This document shows, piece after piece, positions 47,231 to 56,363 of a DNA stretch of 64,000 bases (the stretch's first letter is position 1; the number at the start of each line of letters is the position of its first letter). Under the pieces are notes generated by a model. It saw nothing but the letters and a program-made list of their open reading frames with translations. It had not been told where the DNA came from and ran no database searches. A program made the position numbers and the translations under genes. This DNA comes from Treponemataceae bacterium (GTDB lineage Bacteria > Spirochaetota > Spirochaetia > Treponematales > Rectinemataceae): NCBI GenBank assembly GCA_963677895.2, contig CAXXGJ010000017.1:143908-207907 (forward strand), read 5' to 3'.

Positions 47231-48667
47231 ATGGCAGTCAAAACAAAGGCCGAGTATATCGAGTCGTTGAGAAAACTGAAGCCGACGGTTTATATGTTCG
47301 GCGAGAAGGTCGAGAATTTTGTGGACAATCCCAGGATCAGGGCGGGGATCGAGGCGACGGGGGAAACCTATGCGGTCGCCGAGAGCCCTGAACATCGCGG
47401 TTCGATGATAACGAAGAGTCCCCTGATCGGGGAGGACATCAACCGCTTCACTCTGCCTCCCGGATCGCGGGAAGACTTGGTGGCGAGAGTGAAAAACAAC
47501 CGGATGCTCGGCGGCAGGGTCGGGACCTGCTTCCAGCGCTGCACGGGCCTGGACTGCATCAGCGCCCTCTCCATCGTCACCTACAACATCGACCAAAAGT
47601 ATAAAACTCAGTATAACGCCAGGTTTCTGGAGTTCCTGAAATATGTCCAGAAGAACGATCTCACCTGCAACGCCGGCGTGACCGACGTAAAAGGCGATCG
47701 TTCCCTAGGGCCTTTCGAGCAGGCGGATAAGGACCAGTATTTGCGCGTGGTCGAAGAAAAGGAGGACGGCATCGTCGTGCGCGGTGCCAAGGCGCATCAG
47801 ACCGGCTCCCTCTCTTCGCATGAGATCATCGTGCTGCCGACGCGCGCGATGAAAAAAGAAGACAAGGACTACGCCATCGCTTTCGCGCTTCCCGTGGATA
47901 CACCCGGAATCATCCACGTCGTCGGAAGGTCCACCCTCGATATGCGCGAGCTTCAGGGCTGCGACCGGGGGAATACGAAATACTCCAAATATTGCCCCAC
48001 GGTGATTTTCAATGATGTGTTCGTCCCCTGGAGCCGGGTGTTCATGTACGGCGAGACGGAGTTCGCCGGAGAGCTGGTGATGCGCTTCTCATCATTCCAC
48101 AGGCAGAGCCATGGCGGCTGCAAGGCGGGGAAGATCGACTGCATGATCGGCGCCGCCATGAACATGATGGAATACAACGGCACGCAGAAAGTGAGCCACC
48201 TCCGCGAGAAAATCATCGACATGATACACAGGGCGGAAACCCTGTACGGGTGCAGCATCGCCGCCTCCTATGAGGGGGATCAACAAGATTCCGGCACGTA
48301 TTTCATAGATCCCGTCCTCGCGAACGCCTCCAAGCTGCACGAGGGTAAGGAAATGGCCGAAGTCGGAAGGCTCCTCATCGATATCGCCGGCGGCTTCGCC
48401 TGCGACTTGCCTTCCGACAAGGACTTCGAAAATCCCGAGATCGGCCCGCTGCTGAAGAAGTACATGAAGGGCTCCGAGAGCGCTTCGGTCGAAGATCGCA
48501 TCAAGATGCTGCGATTGGTCGAAAAGCTGACTTTGGAGAGCGCCGACACCGTGTCGGATATACATGGCGGAGGTTCGCCGGAAGCGCACAGGATAACGAT
48601 AATGCGCGAGTCCGATGTGGAAGGCAAGAAAAAGCTGAGCAAAAGGCTCGCCGGGATAGAGAGTTAA
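47231..48667 (+). CDS. 4-hydroxybutyryl-CoA dehydratase (AbfD) family protein, active-site variant
   Basis: YIESLRKL, CFQRC, TD.KGDR, GAKAHQTG, HRQSHGGCK, DIAGG, HGGGSP. Confidence 0.88.
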   Translation: MAVKTKAEYIESLRKLKPTVYMFGEKVENFVDNPRIRAGIEATGETYAVAESPEHRGSMITKSPLIGEDINRFTLPPGSREDLVARVKNNRMLGGRVGTCFQRCTGLDCISALSIVTYNIDQKYKTQYNARFLEFLKYVQKNDLTCNAGVTDVKGDRSLGPFEQADKDQYLRVVEEKEDGIVVRGAKAHQTGSLSSHEIIVLPTRAMKKEDKDYAIAFALPVDTPGIIHVVGRSTLDMRELQGCDRGNTKYSKYCPTVIFNDVFVPWSRVFMYGETEFAGELVMRFSSFHRQSHGGCKAGKIDCMIGAAMNMMEYNGTQKVSHLREKIIDMIHRAETLYGCSIAASYEGDQQDSGTYFIDPVLANASKLHEGKEMAEVGRLLIDIAGGFACDLPSDKDFENPEIGPLLKKYMKGSESASVEDRIKMLRLVEKLTLESADTVSDIHGGGSPEAHRITIMRESDVEGKKKLSKRLAGIES

Positions 48668-48695
48668 GTGGTTAAAGAAACGAGGAGCTAAAGTC

Positions 48696-49877
48696 ATGAG
48701 GAATGTAGTCATTGTCAGCGCGGTGAGGACGGCGGGCGGGAGTTTTGGCGGCGCCTTCAAAAATCTCACGGCGGTGGATCTCGGGGCCGCTGTGGTCGGG
48801 GAGTCGGTGCGCAGGGCAGGAATCGCTCCGGAGGATGTGGGCCAGGTCATATTCGGCAATGGCTGGCAGGCGGGCGTCGGGCCAAATCCGGCCAGGCTGT
48901 GTACGGTGAAGGGAGGGCTCCCCGTCAGTTGTCCCGCTTTTACGGTGAACCTGCGCTGCGCCTCAAGCCTGCGAGCGATCGAATTGGGAGCGCTGAGCAT
49001 CGCCGGCGGCGAGGAAGATATAGTCCTGGCTGGCGGCACCGAGTCATCCACACAGGTGCCCTTCATCATGCCCACGCTCCGCTGGGGACAGCGCATGGGG
49101 GACGGCAAGGCCTGCGATGTGCTGCATAAGGATGGATTCATGTGCCAGCTGGCGGGGATGATGATGGGCAACACCGCCGAACTTCTCGTCGACAAGTACG
49201 CCATCTCCCGCCAGGAACAGGATGAGTTTTCCCTGGAAAGCCACCTGAAGGCGTTGAAAGCCATGGAGGGAGGCTTCTTTGACGAAGAAGTGCTGCCGAT
49301 GACGATCCAGGAAAAGAAAGCCGTCACCGTGGTGAAGAGCGAAGAAATTCCCCGCAACGACATATCCCTCGAAAAGCTTGGAAAGCTGCCGCCCGTATTC
49401 CTCGAAAACGGAACGGTGACGGCGGGGAACAGCTGCGCTCTGTGCGACGCTGCGTCGGCGGTGCTGCTGATGTCGGAAGAGAAGGCCCGGGAAATGGGCC
49501 TCAAGCCGATGGCGGTCATACGTTCATATTCCTATGTGGCCCTCGACCCGAAATCCATGGGCTTGGGACCGGCCCTGGCCATACCGAAGGCGCTGAAGAA
49601 GGCGGGGCTCGCGTTGCGCGATATCGACCTGATCGAGTTGAACGAAGCTTTCGCGGCGCAGGTCATCGCCTGCGACCGGGAGCTGAAGCTGGACAGGAGC
49701 AAGCTCAACGTGAACGGCGGCGCCATCGGGCTCGGGCATCCCGTGGGCGCCACCGGAGCCAAAATCCTGACGACCCTTCTCTATGCTCTGAAAAACAGGG
49801 ACAAGAAATTGGGCATGGTCAGCCTTTGCATCGGCGGCGGACAGGGCGTGGCCCTGATCGTCGAACGACTGAATTGA
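48696..49877 (+). CDS. acetyl-CoA C-acyltransferase (thiolase)
   Basis: NLRCAS, NEAFA, GHPVGATG, SLCIGGG all intact. Confidence 0.95.
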   Translation: MRNVVIVSAVRTAGGSFGGAFKNLTAVDLGAAVVGESVRRAGIAPEDVGQVIFGNGWQAGVGPNPARLCTVKGGLPVSCPAFTVNLRCASSLRAIELGALSIAGGEEDIVLAGGTESSTQVPFIMPTLRWGQRMGDGKACDVLHKDGFMCQLAGMMMGNTAELLVDKYAISRQEQDEFSLESHLKALKAMEGGFFDEEVLPMTIQEKKAVTVVKSEEIPRNDISLEKLGKLPPVFLENGTVTAGNSCALCDAASAVLLMSEEKAREMGLKPMAVIRSYSYVALDPKSMGLGPALAIPKALKKAGLALRDIDLIELNEAFAAQVIACDRELKLDRSKLNVNGGAIGLGHPVGATGAKILTTLLYALKNRDKKLGMVSLCIGGGQGVALIVERLN

Positions 49878-49897
49878 TGGGACGCGAGGTGAATACA

Positions 49898-50782
49898 ATG
49901 CAAACGATCTTTATTATCGGGGCCGGAACGATGGGACGGGGCATAGCCCAGGTCGCCGCCCAGGCGGAGAACGATGTCTATCTTTCCGATATGAGCCTGG
50001 ATCTCGTAAAAAAGAATCTTGAAATTGTCGCGGCCGGCCTGGACAAGCAAATTGAAAAAGGAAAGATGACCAAGGATGAAGCCGAAGGAATCATGGGGCG
50101 GATCCATATGGTCGAAAACCTGAACAAGGTCGAAAATGCCGATTTCGTCATCGAGGCCGTCCTGGAAGATGTCGCTTTGAAGCAAAGCATTTTCAAGGAA
50201 CTGGACGAAAAGACAAAACCGGATGCCATCCTGACCACGAACACGACATCCTGCTCCATCACGCAGATCGCCTCGGCGACAAAAACCCCCGAGCGGGTCG
50301 TCGGCATGCACTTTTTCAACCCGCCGGCGATCATGAAACTCGTCGAAATCATGCCGGGCATGCTCACTTCGAAAAGCACTTTAGAGCGGACGAAAGAACT
50401 CGCGCTGAGCCTGAACAAAGATCCCGTAGTCACCAAGACCGAGGGGCCGGCGGGCGTCACGAGCCGAATATTGTCCGGCATGCTCAACGAGGCGGTGTGG
50501 GTATTGCAGGAAGGCATCGCTTCCGTCGATGAGATCGACAAGGCGATGGTCCTGGGCTGCAACCATAAAATAGGGCCGTTCGCCCTGATCGATCTCATCG
50601 GTGTGGATATCCATCTCGCGAAGACGCAGATGCTTTACAAGAAAACCGGCGACGCGCGGTACAGGCCCTGCTATCTTCTGGAACAGATGGTGACGGCCGG
50701 CCTCCTCGGGAAGAAGACCGGGGTGGGATTTTACGACTATTCCACGGATCCGGTTGAGCCGTCGGCGTTTTTCAAACGATGA
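49898..50782 (+). CDS. 3-hydroxybutyryl/3-hydroxyacyl-CoA dehydrogenase
   Basis: GAGTMG.GIA, IEAV.E, GMHFFNP..MKLVE, LGKKTG.GFY. Confidence 0.93.
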   Translation: MQTIFIIGAGTMGRGIAQVAAQAENDVYLSDMSLDLVKKNLEIVAAGLDKQIEKGKMTKDEAEGIMGRIHMVENLNKVENADFVIEAVLEDVALKQSIFKELDEKTKPDAILTTNTTSCSITQIASATKTPERVVGMHFFNPPAIMKLVEIMPGMLTSKSTLERTKELALSLNKDPVVTKTEGPAGVTSRILSGMLNEAVWVLQEGIASVDEIDKAMVLGCNHKIGPFALIDLIGVDIHLAKTQMLYKKTGDARYRPCYLLEQMVTAGLLGKKTGVGFYDYSTDPVEPSAFFKR

Positions 50783-50815
50783 ACGGGAAATCCACTATGA
50801 AGGCAGGCCGCAGAG

Positions 50816-51592
50816 ATGGGTAACTATTTTTCCTATGAAAAAGCGGAGGGCGTCGGCCGTTTGATCATCGACAATCCACCGATGAATGCCCTATGCGACG
50901 ACATGGTGGAGGAACTGGATAAGATTCTCGCGACCCTTGAGCGCGATGGTGAGCTGAAGGCGCTCGTCATCACCGGCGCCTGCGGGAAGGCCTTTATGGC
51001 TGGCGCCGATATACGCGAGTTGAGCGAAAGGGATTTTATCCAGGGCCGCGCGCAAACCCAGCGCCGCCAGGCGGTCTACAACCGGATCGCCGATTTCCGC
51101 GCGCCCACGATAGCGGCGGTAAATGGCTATGCCCTGGGCGCCGGGCTGGAACTCGCCCTGTCATGCAGCATCCGGGTCGCCTCGGAAAACGCCAAGTTCG
51201 GCGCCCCGGAAATCAATCTTGGGATAATCCCCGGCGATGGGGCGACGCAGCGTCTTCCCAGGATCATCGGATTGGGAAGAGCCATGCACATGATTCTTAC
51301 ATCGGAGATGATCACGGCCGATGAAGCCCTGCGGTATGGCCTTGTCACAAAGCTCTTCCCTCAGGACGAACTCGCGGAAGGCGCAAACGCGATGGCGCGG
51401 AAGCTCGCGAAAAAGGCTCCATTGGCGTTGATGTATGCCAAGGAAGCCGTGAATCGATCCTTCGATACCGCCCTGTCGGTCGGCTTGACCATGGAGTCCT
51501 ATCTGCACGCGCTGGCCTGCGCGAGCGAGGACAAGGAAGAAGGCGTAAAGGCCTTTCTCGAAAAGCGGGAACCCGCGTTCAAGGGGAAATGA
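50816..51592 (+). CDS. enoyl-CoA hydratase (crotonase family)
   Basis: [38 protein letters not shown]; both catalytic Glu present. Confidence 0.93.
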   Translation: MGNYFSYEKAEGVGRLIIDNPPMNALCDDMVEELDKILATLERDGELKALVITGACGKAFMAGADIRELSERDFIQGRAQTQRRQAVYNRIADFRAPTIAAVNGYALGAGLELALSCSIRVASENAKFGAPEINLGIIPGDGATQRLPRIIGLGRAMHMILTSEMITADEALRYGLVTKLFPQDELAEGANAMARKLAKKAPLALMYAKEAVNRSFDTALSVGLTMESYLHALACASEDKEEGVKAFLEKREPAFKGK

Positions 51593-51623
51593 ATCCTGCG
51601 GTGGCGACAGAAGTGGAGGGATC

Positions 51624-52916
51624 ATGTTCGAATGGAAAGGTGAGACCCAGGCTGAGCTGCCCAGGATTTGCGCCGTGAAGCAGCGGTCTGATATCTCCGG
51701 CATCGATGTCCGGGAAGGTATCCGCGCCGAACTGACGAAGCCGGAAATCAAGAAGCTGTTAGTTCCGAGGCTGAGGGCGGCGGTCGCCGTCGGAAGCCGC
51801 GGCATAGGCGAAATCGACATCATCGTACGAACCATCGTCGACGAGCTCAAGAAAAGCGGTCTGGCCGTTTTTATCGTCCCGTCGATGGGGAGCCATGGCG
51901 GCGCCACGGCCGAGGGGCAAATCGAATACTTGGCTGGCTATGGAATAACCGAGGAAACGATGGGTGTTCCAATCCGATCTTCGATGGAGATTGTCGAACT
52001 TGGGGACGTGGAGCCGGGGGTCAATGTCTGCTTCGACAGAATCGCTTATGAAGAAGCCGATTTGATAATTCCCGTCAATCGCGTCAAATGCCACACCGGT
52101 TTCAAGGGGCCGGTCGAGAGCGGCCTCTACAAAATGCTGGTGATAGGCATGGGCAACCATATCGGCGCCTCGCGCATCCATGCCTTGGGATTCCCCCGCT
52201 TCAGGGAATTGATTCCCAAGACCGGAGAGTTCATTCTCGGCAAGGTTCCCGCCGTCAAGTTCGGCATCGCGATTGTCGAGAATGCCAAGGATCTTCCATC
52301 CATCATCGAAGCTGTTCCCGCGAAGGAATTTAAGACGCGAGAGCCGGAACTTCTGAAATTGTCGCGACTACTGATGCCTCGATTGAATTTTTCCAACATC
52401 GACCTATTGGTCATCGGCGAATTGGGCAAGAATATCTCGGGAGCGGGGCTCGACCCCAACGTGACCGGACGTTTCTGGATGTCTCACATGGAAGATGGCC
52501 CCCTGATCTGTAACAGGATCGTCCTCCTCGATCTGACTCCGGAATCCCACGGGAACGCCATGGGGGTGGGCATGGCGGACGCGATAAGCAGAAAGCTATT
52601 GGATAAAATCGATTTCAACGCGACCTACACGAACGCGATAACCGCGGGAAGAATCGAGAAAGCCCGTGTTCCCATGGTCATGAAGAACGACAGGGATACG
52701 ATCAAGATCGCGCTCCAGGCCATCGGATTGGCTCCCCGGCAAAAGCCGCGGGTTGTAATCATCAAAAACACCTTGGAGCTGGAGCAAATTTATGTTTCTG
52801 AAGAGTTGATGGAGGATGTTAAGACTAATCCCAACCTGGTGATATTAGGTGATCCTCGCGAAATGCAGTTTGATGAAGGTGGAAACCTTGTTCTGGAATT
52901 CGAACCATTACCCTAG
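51624..52916 (+). CDS. LarA/DUF2088-like (lactate racemase N-terminal domain) protein
   Basis: AVGSRGI, PSMGSHGGATAEGQ, NRVKCHTGF, ESGLYKM..IGMG, GKNISGAG.D.N, SHGNA.G.G.AD. Confidence 0.7.
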   Translation: MFEWKGETQAELPRICAVKQRSDISGIDVREGIRAELTKPEIKKLLVPRLRAAVAVGSRGIGEIDIIVRTIVDELKKSGLAVFIVPSMGSHGGATAEGQIEYLAGYGITEETMGVPIRSSMEIVELGDVEPGVNVCFDRIAYEEADLIIPVNRVKCHTGFKGPVESGLYKMLVIGMGNHIGASRIHALGFPRFRELIPKTGEFILGKVPAVKFGIAIVENAKDLPSIIEAVPAKEFKTREPELLKLSRLLMPRLNFSNIDLLVIGELGKNISGAGLDPNVTGRFWMSHMEDGPLICNRIVLLDLTPESHGNAMGVGMADAISRKLLDKIDFNATYTNAITAGRIEKARVPMVMKNDRDTIKIALQAIGLAPRQKPRVVIIKNTLELEQIYVSEELMEDVKTNPNLVILGDPREMQFDEGGNLVLEFEPLP

Positions 52917-52946
52917 AGCATTAAGCGTTAAGGCTCAGCATTAATT

Positions 52947-53002
52947 TTTCAAGGAGGTTTTGAAATGAATAAGCAACTGTTTCAAGGAGGTTCTGAAATG
53001 AA
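52947..53002 (+). repeat. 23-bp direct repeat duplicating the RBS and start codon
   Basis: TTTCAAGGAGGTTTTGAAATGAA (52947-52969) and TTTCAAGGAGGTTCTGAAATGAA (52980-53002), period 33 bp. Confidence 0.9.
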
Positions 53003-54410
53003 AGAGCAAGTGGGTAAAGAGAAAAAGAAAAAAAAGCTGGAGTTGCCCGATACACTGATCATCCTGCTTGGTATGATTTTAGTAGCGACTGTCTGCACTT
53101 TTATTATTCCTGCCGGCGAATATAAACGTGTCCTGAACCAAGCAACCAATCGCCAGGTGGCCGATCCGGCATCTTTCCATTACGTGGCGCAGAAACCTGT
53201 TGGCATAATGGAAATGTTTTTTTCCATCCCCCAAGGTCTGATTGAAAGCGCCAATATCGTATTCTTGACCCTGATCTGCGGCGCGGTTTTCCATTTAGTC
53301 ACCTTTACGGGCGCTCTCGATGCCGGGCTTAACAACGCTATTAAAAAGCTTTCCGGTGGAAAAAAGTACGCACTTGTATTCGGACTCTTTTTCATATCGT
53401 TTCTTCTTGGCCTTAGGGGAAGCGCCGAAACGCTGCTCCCCTTTGTGCCTCTCGCTGTGGCGGCCAGTATCGCGATGGGGTTTGACTCGATTACCGGTAC
53501 CGCTCTAGTCCTCCTCGGCGGCGTTGCCGGTACTTCAACTACGTTCATGGACACTTCGTTAGTTATCGCGCAGGGTATTTCCGAGCTGCCGGTTTATTCC
53601 GGAGCCGGCTTCAGGCTTGCCTGTTCTGGTGTCACCTTCATTATCGCTTTGCTTTTCATCCTCCGCTATTGCAGAAAGCTTGATAAAGATCCTGCAAAAA
53701 GCAGCATGTATGAATCTGACAGAACCCTTGATATAAAAATAGATATCAAAGTTCAGGATTTTACTGCCCGGCGCAAGGCTGTCCTTGCCACATTTGTCCT
53801 CGGCATCGCTATACTGATGGTCTGTATCGCGGTTTTCGCGTTCAGTTCCATCCAGGTAACCGCTTTGTACTTTATGCTCGCCGTGGCCATCGGTATCGCC
53901 GGCGGATACACTCCGAATTTGTTCGCTAAAGAATTTGTCAACGGCTGTAAGTCAATGATGTATGGCGCGCTTATCATCGGATTCGCGAGGCCGATCACCA
54001 CTGTCATGACAAAAGGTTTAATCCTTGATACAATCACCCATGCGGCTTCCGGATTATTGAGTTTCCTGCCCGCTTCCGTCTGCGCATTCGGTATGTTTAT
54101 TGTTCAAGGCTTTTTAAGCATTGTGGTTCCTTCAGGTTCCGGTCAGGTTGCCGTCACGATGCCGATTATGGCTCCGCTTGCCGATTTTATCGGTGTAACA
54201 AGGCAGACTGCCATTGTTGCGTATTCCCTCAGCGACTCCTTTATCAACCTGCTTACGCCGACATCCGGTTATTTTATGGCCGCGATCGGAATCAGCCAGA
54301 TTCCATGGACCAAATGGGTCAAATGGTATATACCGCTATTGATTGCCTTCGTTGTCGAAGCATTCTGCATACTAAGCATCGCAACTATAATTCACTTGGG
54401 GCCGTTCTGA
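52998..54410 (+). CDS. YfcC/DcuC-like (basic amino acid antiporter family) transporter
   Basis: TFIIPAGEY.R, AQGISELP.YSG..FR, ILDTI, PSGSGQ..TMPIMAPLAD..GV.RQ, PTSG; alternative in-frame start at 52965. Confidence 0.88.
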   Translation: MKEQVGKEKKKKKLELPDTLIILLGMILVATVCTFIIPAGEYKRVLNQATNRQVADPASFHYVAQKPVGIMEMFFSIPQGLIESANIVFLTLICGAVFHLVTFTGALDAGLNNAIKKLSGGKKYALVFGLFFISFLLGLRGSAETLLPFVPLAVAASIAMGFDSITGTALVLLGGVAGTSTTFMDTSLVIAQGISELPVYSGAGFRLACSGVTFIIALLFILRYCRKLDKDPAKSSMYESDRTLDIKIDIKVQDFTARRKAVLATFVLGIAILMVCIAVFAFSSIQVTALYFMLAVAIGIAGGYTPNLFAKEFVNGCKSMMYGALIIGFARPITTVMTKGLILDTITHAASGLLSFLPASVCAFGMFIVQGFLSIVVPSGSGQVAVTMPIMAPLADFIGVTRQTAIVAYSLSDSFINLLTPTSGYFMAAIGISQIPWTKWVKWYIPLLIAFVVEAFCILSIATIIHLGPF

Positions 54411-54432
54411 TAGTTTCATACCATATTAAAAA

Positions 54433-54460
54433 ATCTCCGCTGCAAAAATGCAGCGGAGAT
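54433..54460. terminator. stem-loop at the end of the catabolic operon
   Basis: ATCTCCGCTGCA-aaaa-TGCAGCGGAGAT; the A-tract is on the left side. Confidence 0.65.
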
Positions 54461-54470
54461 GCTCAACAGC

Positions 54471-54515
54471 ATTCCCGCTTCTGCTGTAAACACGACAGGG
54501 GCGGGTGACGCATTA
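54471..54515 (+). pseudogene. relic of a PfkB-family kinase signature
   Basis: Translates IPASAVNTTGAGDAL, resembling DTTGAGDAF; no surrounding ORF. Confidence 0.5.
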
Positions 54516-54699
54516 GAAAGGTAACTTTCTTCTCATTCCAGAAGGACAAACTCAGGCAAAGCCATTCTAGTGATATGTCAAAAAAAAATCACATGATATA
54601 AGAATAAAGTTTTGCTATACTCATAACATAGGAAAAAAGTAAAATCGAATATCACTGAGGATGAAATTACGCTCATGGAAAAATCCTGACATTAGGATC

Positions 54700-54975
54700 A
54701 GTCCAATACAAATACGCAGCCAGGCTTCCAATGAAACAACCAAACTCTGATGAAAAAAAACGAATTGAGCAGAATCGTTTGCAATGAAAAGCCAGAGTCA
54801 GGGACTCATTGGAGTAAGCGGGAGCTTGGCAAAGGACTTGGTGTTGGGCATTCATCAGTATATAAGATTCTCCACGATCGTGGACTAAGGCCCCATTTGG
54901 TTAAGCAGTTTCAAGTCAGCAAGATCCGGATTTTAAAAAGAAGCATGAAGACGTCGTTGGCCTCTGTCTCGACAA
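54700..54975 (+). mobile_element. degenerate IS630-family transposase fragment
   Basis: KPESGTHWSKRELGKGLGVGHSSVYKILHDRGLRPHLVKQFQVS, then after a frameshift DPDFKKKHEDVVGLCLD; AT-rich; DDE domain missing. Confidence 0.8.
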
Positions 54976-55228
54976 TACCATTGTTCAGATTCCACCCCTA
55001 CTTTTCATCAAAATTCGATCATCTTATAACTTTTGAAAGAGCCTCTAATAACTTACATCAAGCCGACTCCAAGCCATAATCGACAATACAAAATCGGATT
55101 TCCCCAAAAATCTGTTGTGCATCTCGTTCGTCGCTGGCAAAGTGGCAGAAATGGTAGTACATTATCTTCGCTCTCCTAGCTTGATGCAGTTATTGAGTTT
55201 TATCCTCTTGCCATATAGTATCTTTCGA

Positions 55229-56227
55229 ATGATTCCTTTCGTCAAGAACGCCTTTCTCCTCGCGCCTATGGTGGGCATCACGAACCGTGCCTTCAGGACT
55301 CTCCTCGACGAGCTGGGCGGACCCGACTATGCCTTCACCGAGATGGCGAGCGCCGAAGCCTTCAGCTCCCACGCGCAGTACGAAGCCGTCTATACCGACG
55401 CAAGGCCTTCGCCGGGGGCCACGTCCGTGCAGTTCTACGCGCGCTCGGCGGCTGCCATGGCGGCCGCCTGCAAGGAAATCCTGTCGCGCGCGGCCCCGGA
55501 AGCGCCGGCGGGGATAGACATAAATTTCGGCTGCTCCGCGCCGCACATACGGAAATCAGGCGGCGGTTCGGCCTGGAGTTCCAACCCCGCCGGCGCCGCC
55601 GAACTGGTGGCCGCGGCAAGGTCAGCCTGGTCCGGCGCGCTCTCGGCCAAGATCAGGATGGGCCCCGACGACGATTACGACAGGTTCCTCTCCTTCTGTT
55701 CCAGGATCGCGGAAGCCGGCCTGGATTTTTTGAGCGTGCATCCCCGCACCGACGGGCAAAAATTGAGACGGCAGCCGCAGCATGAAGTCACCCTCCGCCT
55801 CGCGGGCGATCTTTCCATCCCCATCGTCGCCAACGGAGACATCACCGACCTGAAAAAGGCGCTCGCCCTTCTGGGCGAAAAAGGCGCTTACGCCGTCATG
55901 ATAGGCCGGGAGGCGGTGCGCCGTCCCTGGATATTCCAGAGGCTCCGCGCCGAGTTGTCCGGCACGCAGGCCGGGGCCGCCATCGACCGCCCCGCCATCG
56001 ACCGCCTCGCCATCGGTCTCAGGTTCCTGGAGCTCGCCGGATCGCTCCTGCCGGAAGCATGGCAGCTCGAAACCTGCCGCCGCTTTTTTTCCTATTATAC
56101 CGAAACCATGTCCTTCGCCCATCATATCAAGTACAAACTCATGAATTCCCCGTCGCTCGAAACGATGAGCGGCGTCCTCACGGAATACTTCGAGCAGGTT
56201 CCCGAAGACAGGATTGTTTACTCATAA
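55229..56227 (+). CDS. tRNA-dihydrouridine synthase family protein
   Basis: LAPMVGIT, TEM, DINFGC, SAKIRMG, VHPRT, ANGDI, VMIGR. Confidence 0.92.
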   Translation: MIPFVKNAFLLAPMVGITNRAFRTLLDELGGPDYAFTEMASAEAFSSHAQYEAVYTDARPSPGATSVQFYARSAAAMAAACKEILSRAAPEAPAGIDINFGCSAPHIRKSGGGSAWSSNPAGAAELVAAARSAWSGALSAKIRMGPDDDYDRFLSFCSRIAEAGLDFLSVHPRTDGQKLRRQPQHEVTLRLAGDLSIPIVANGDITDLKKALALLGEKGAYAVMIGREAVRRPWIFQRLRAELSGTQAGAAIDRPAIDRLAIGLRFLELAGSLLPEAWQLETCRRFFSYYTETMSFAHHIKYKLMNSPSLETMSGVLTEYFEQVPEDRIVYS

Positions 56228-56363
56228 ATTGAAAGATTTTGGCGGTAAAGCATACACTCATATTTTTGCCTCTTGTATTTGGCAAAAAAAAATATTATAT
56301 ACACAGTGCGTGACAACAAGACAATTTTAGTGATTATGTAAATCCTTTTTCTCAGGAGCATGT

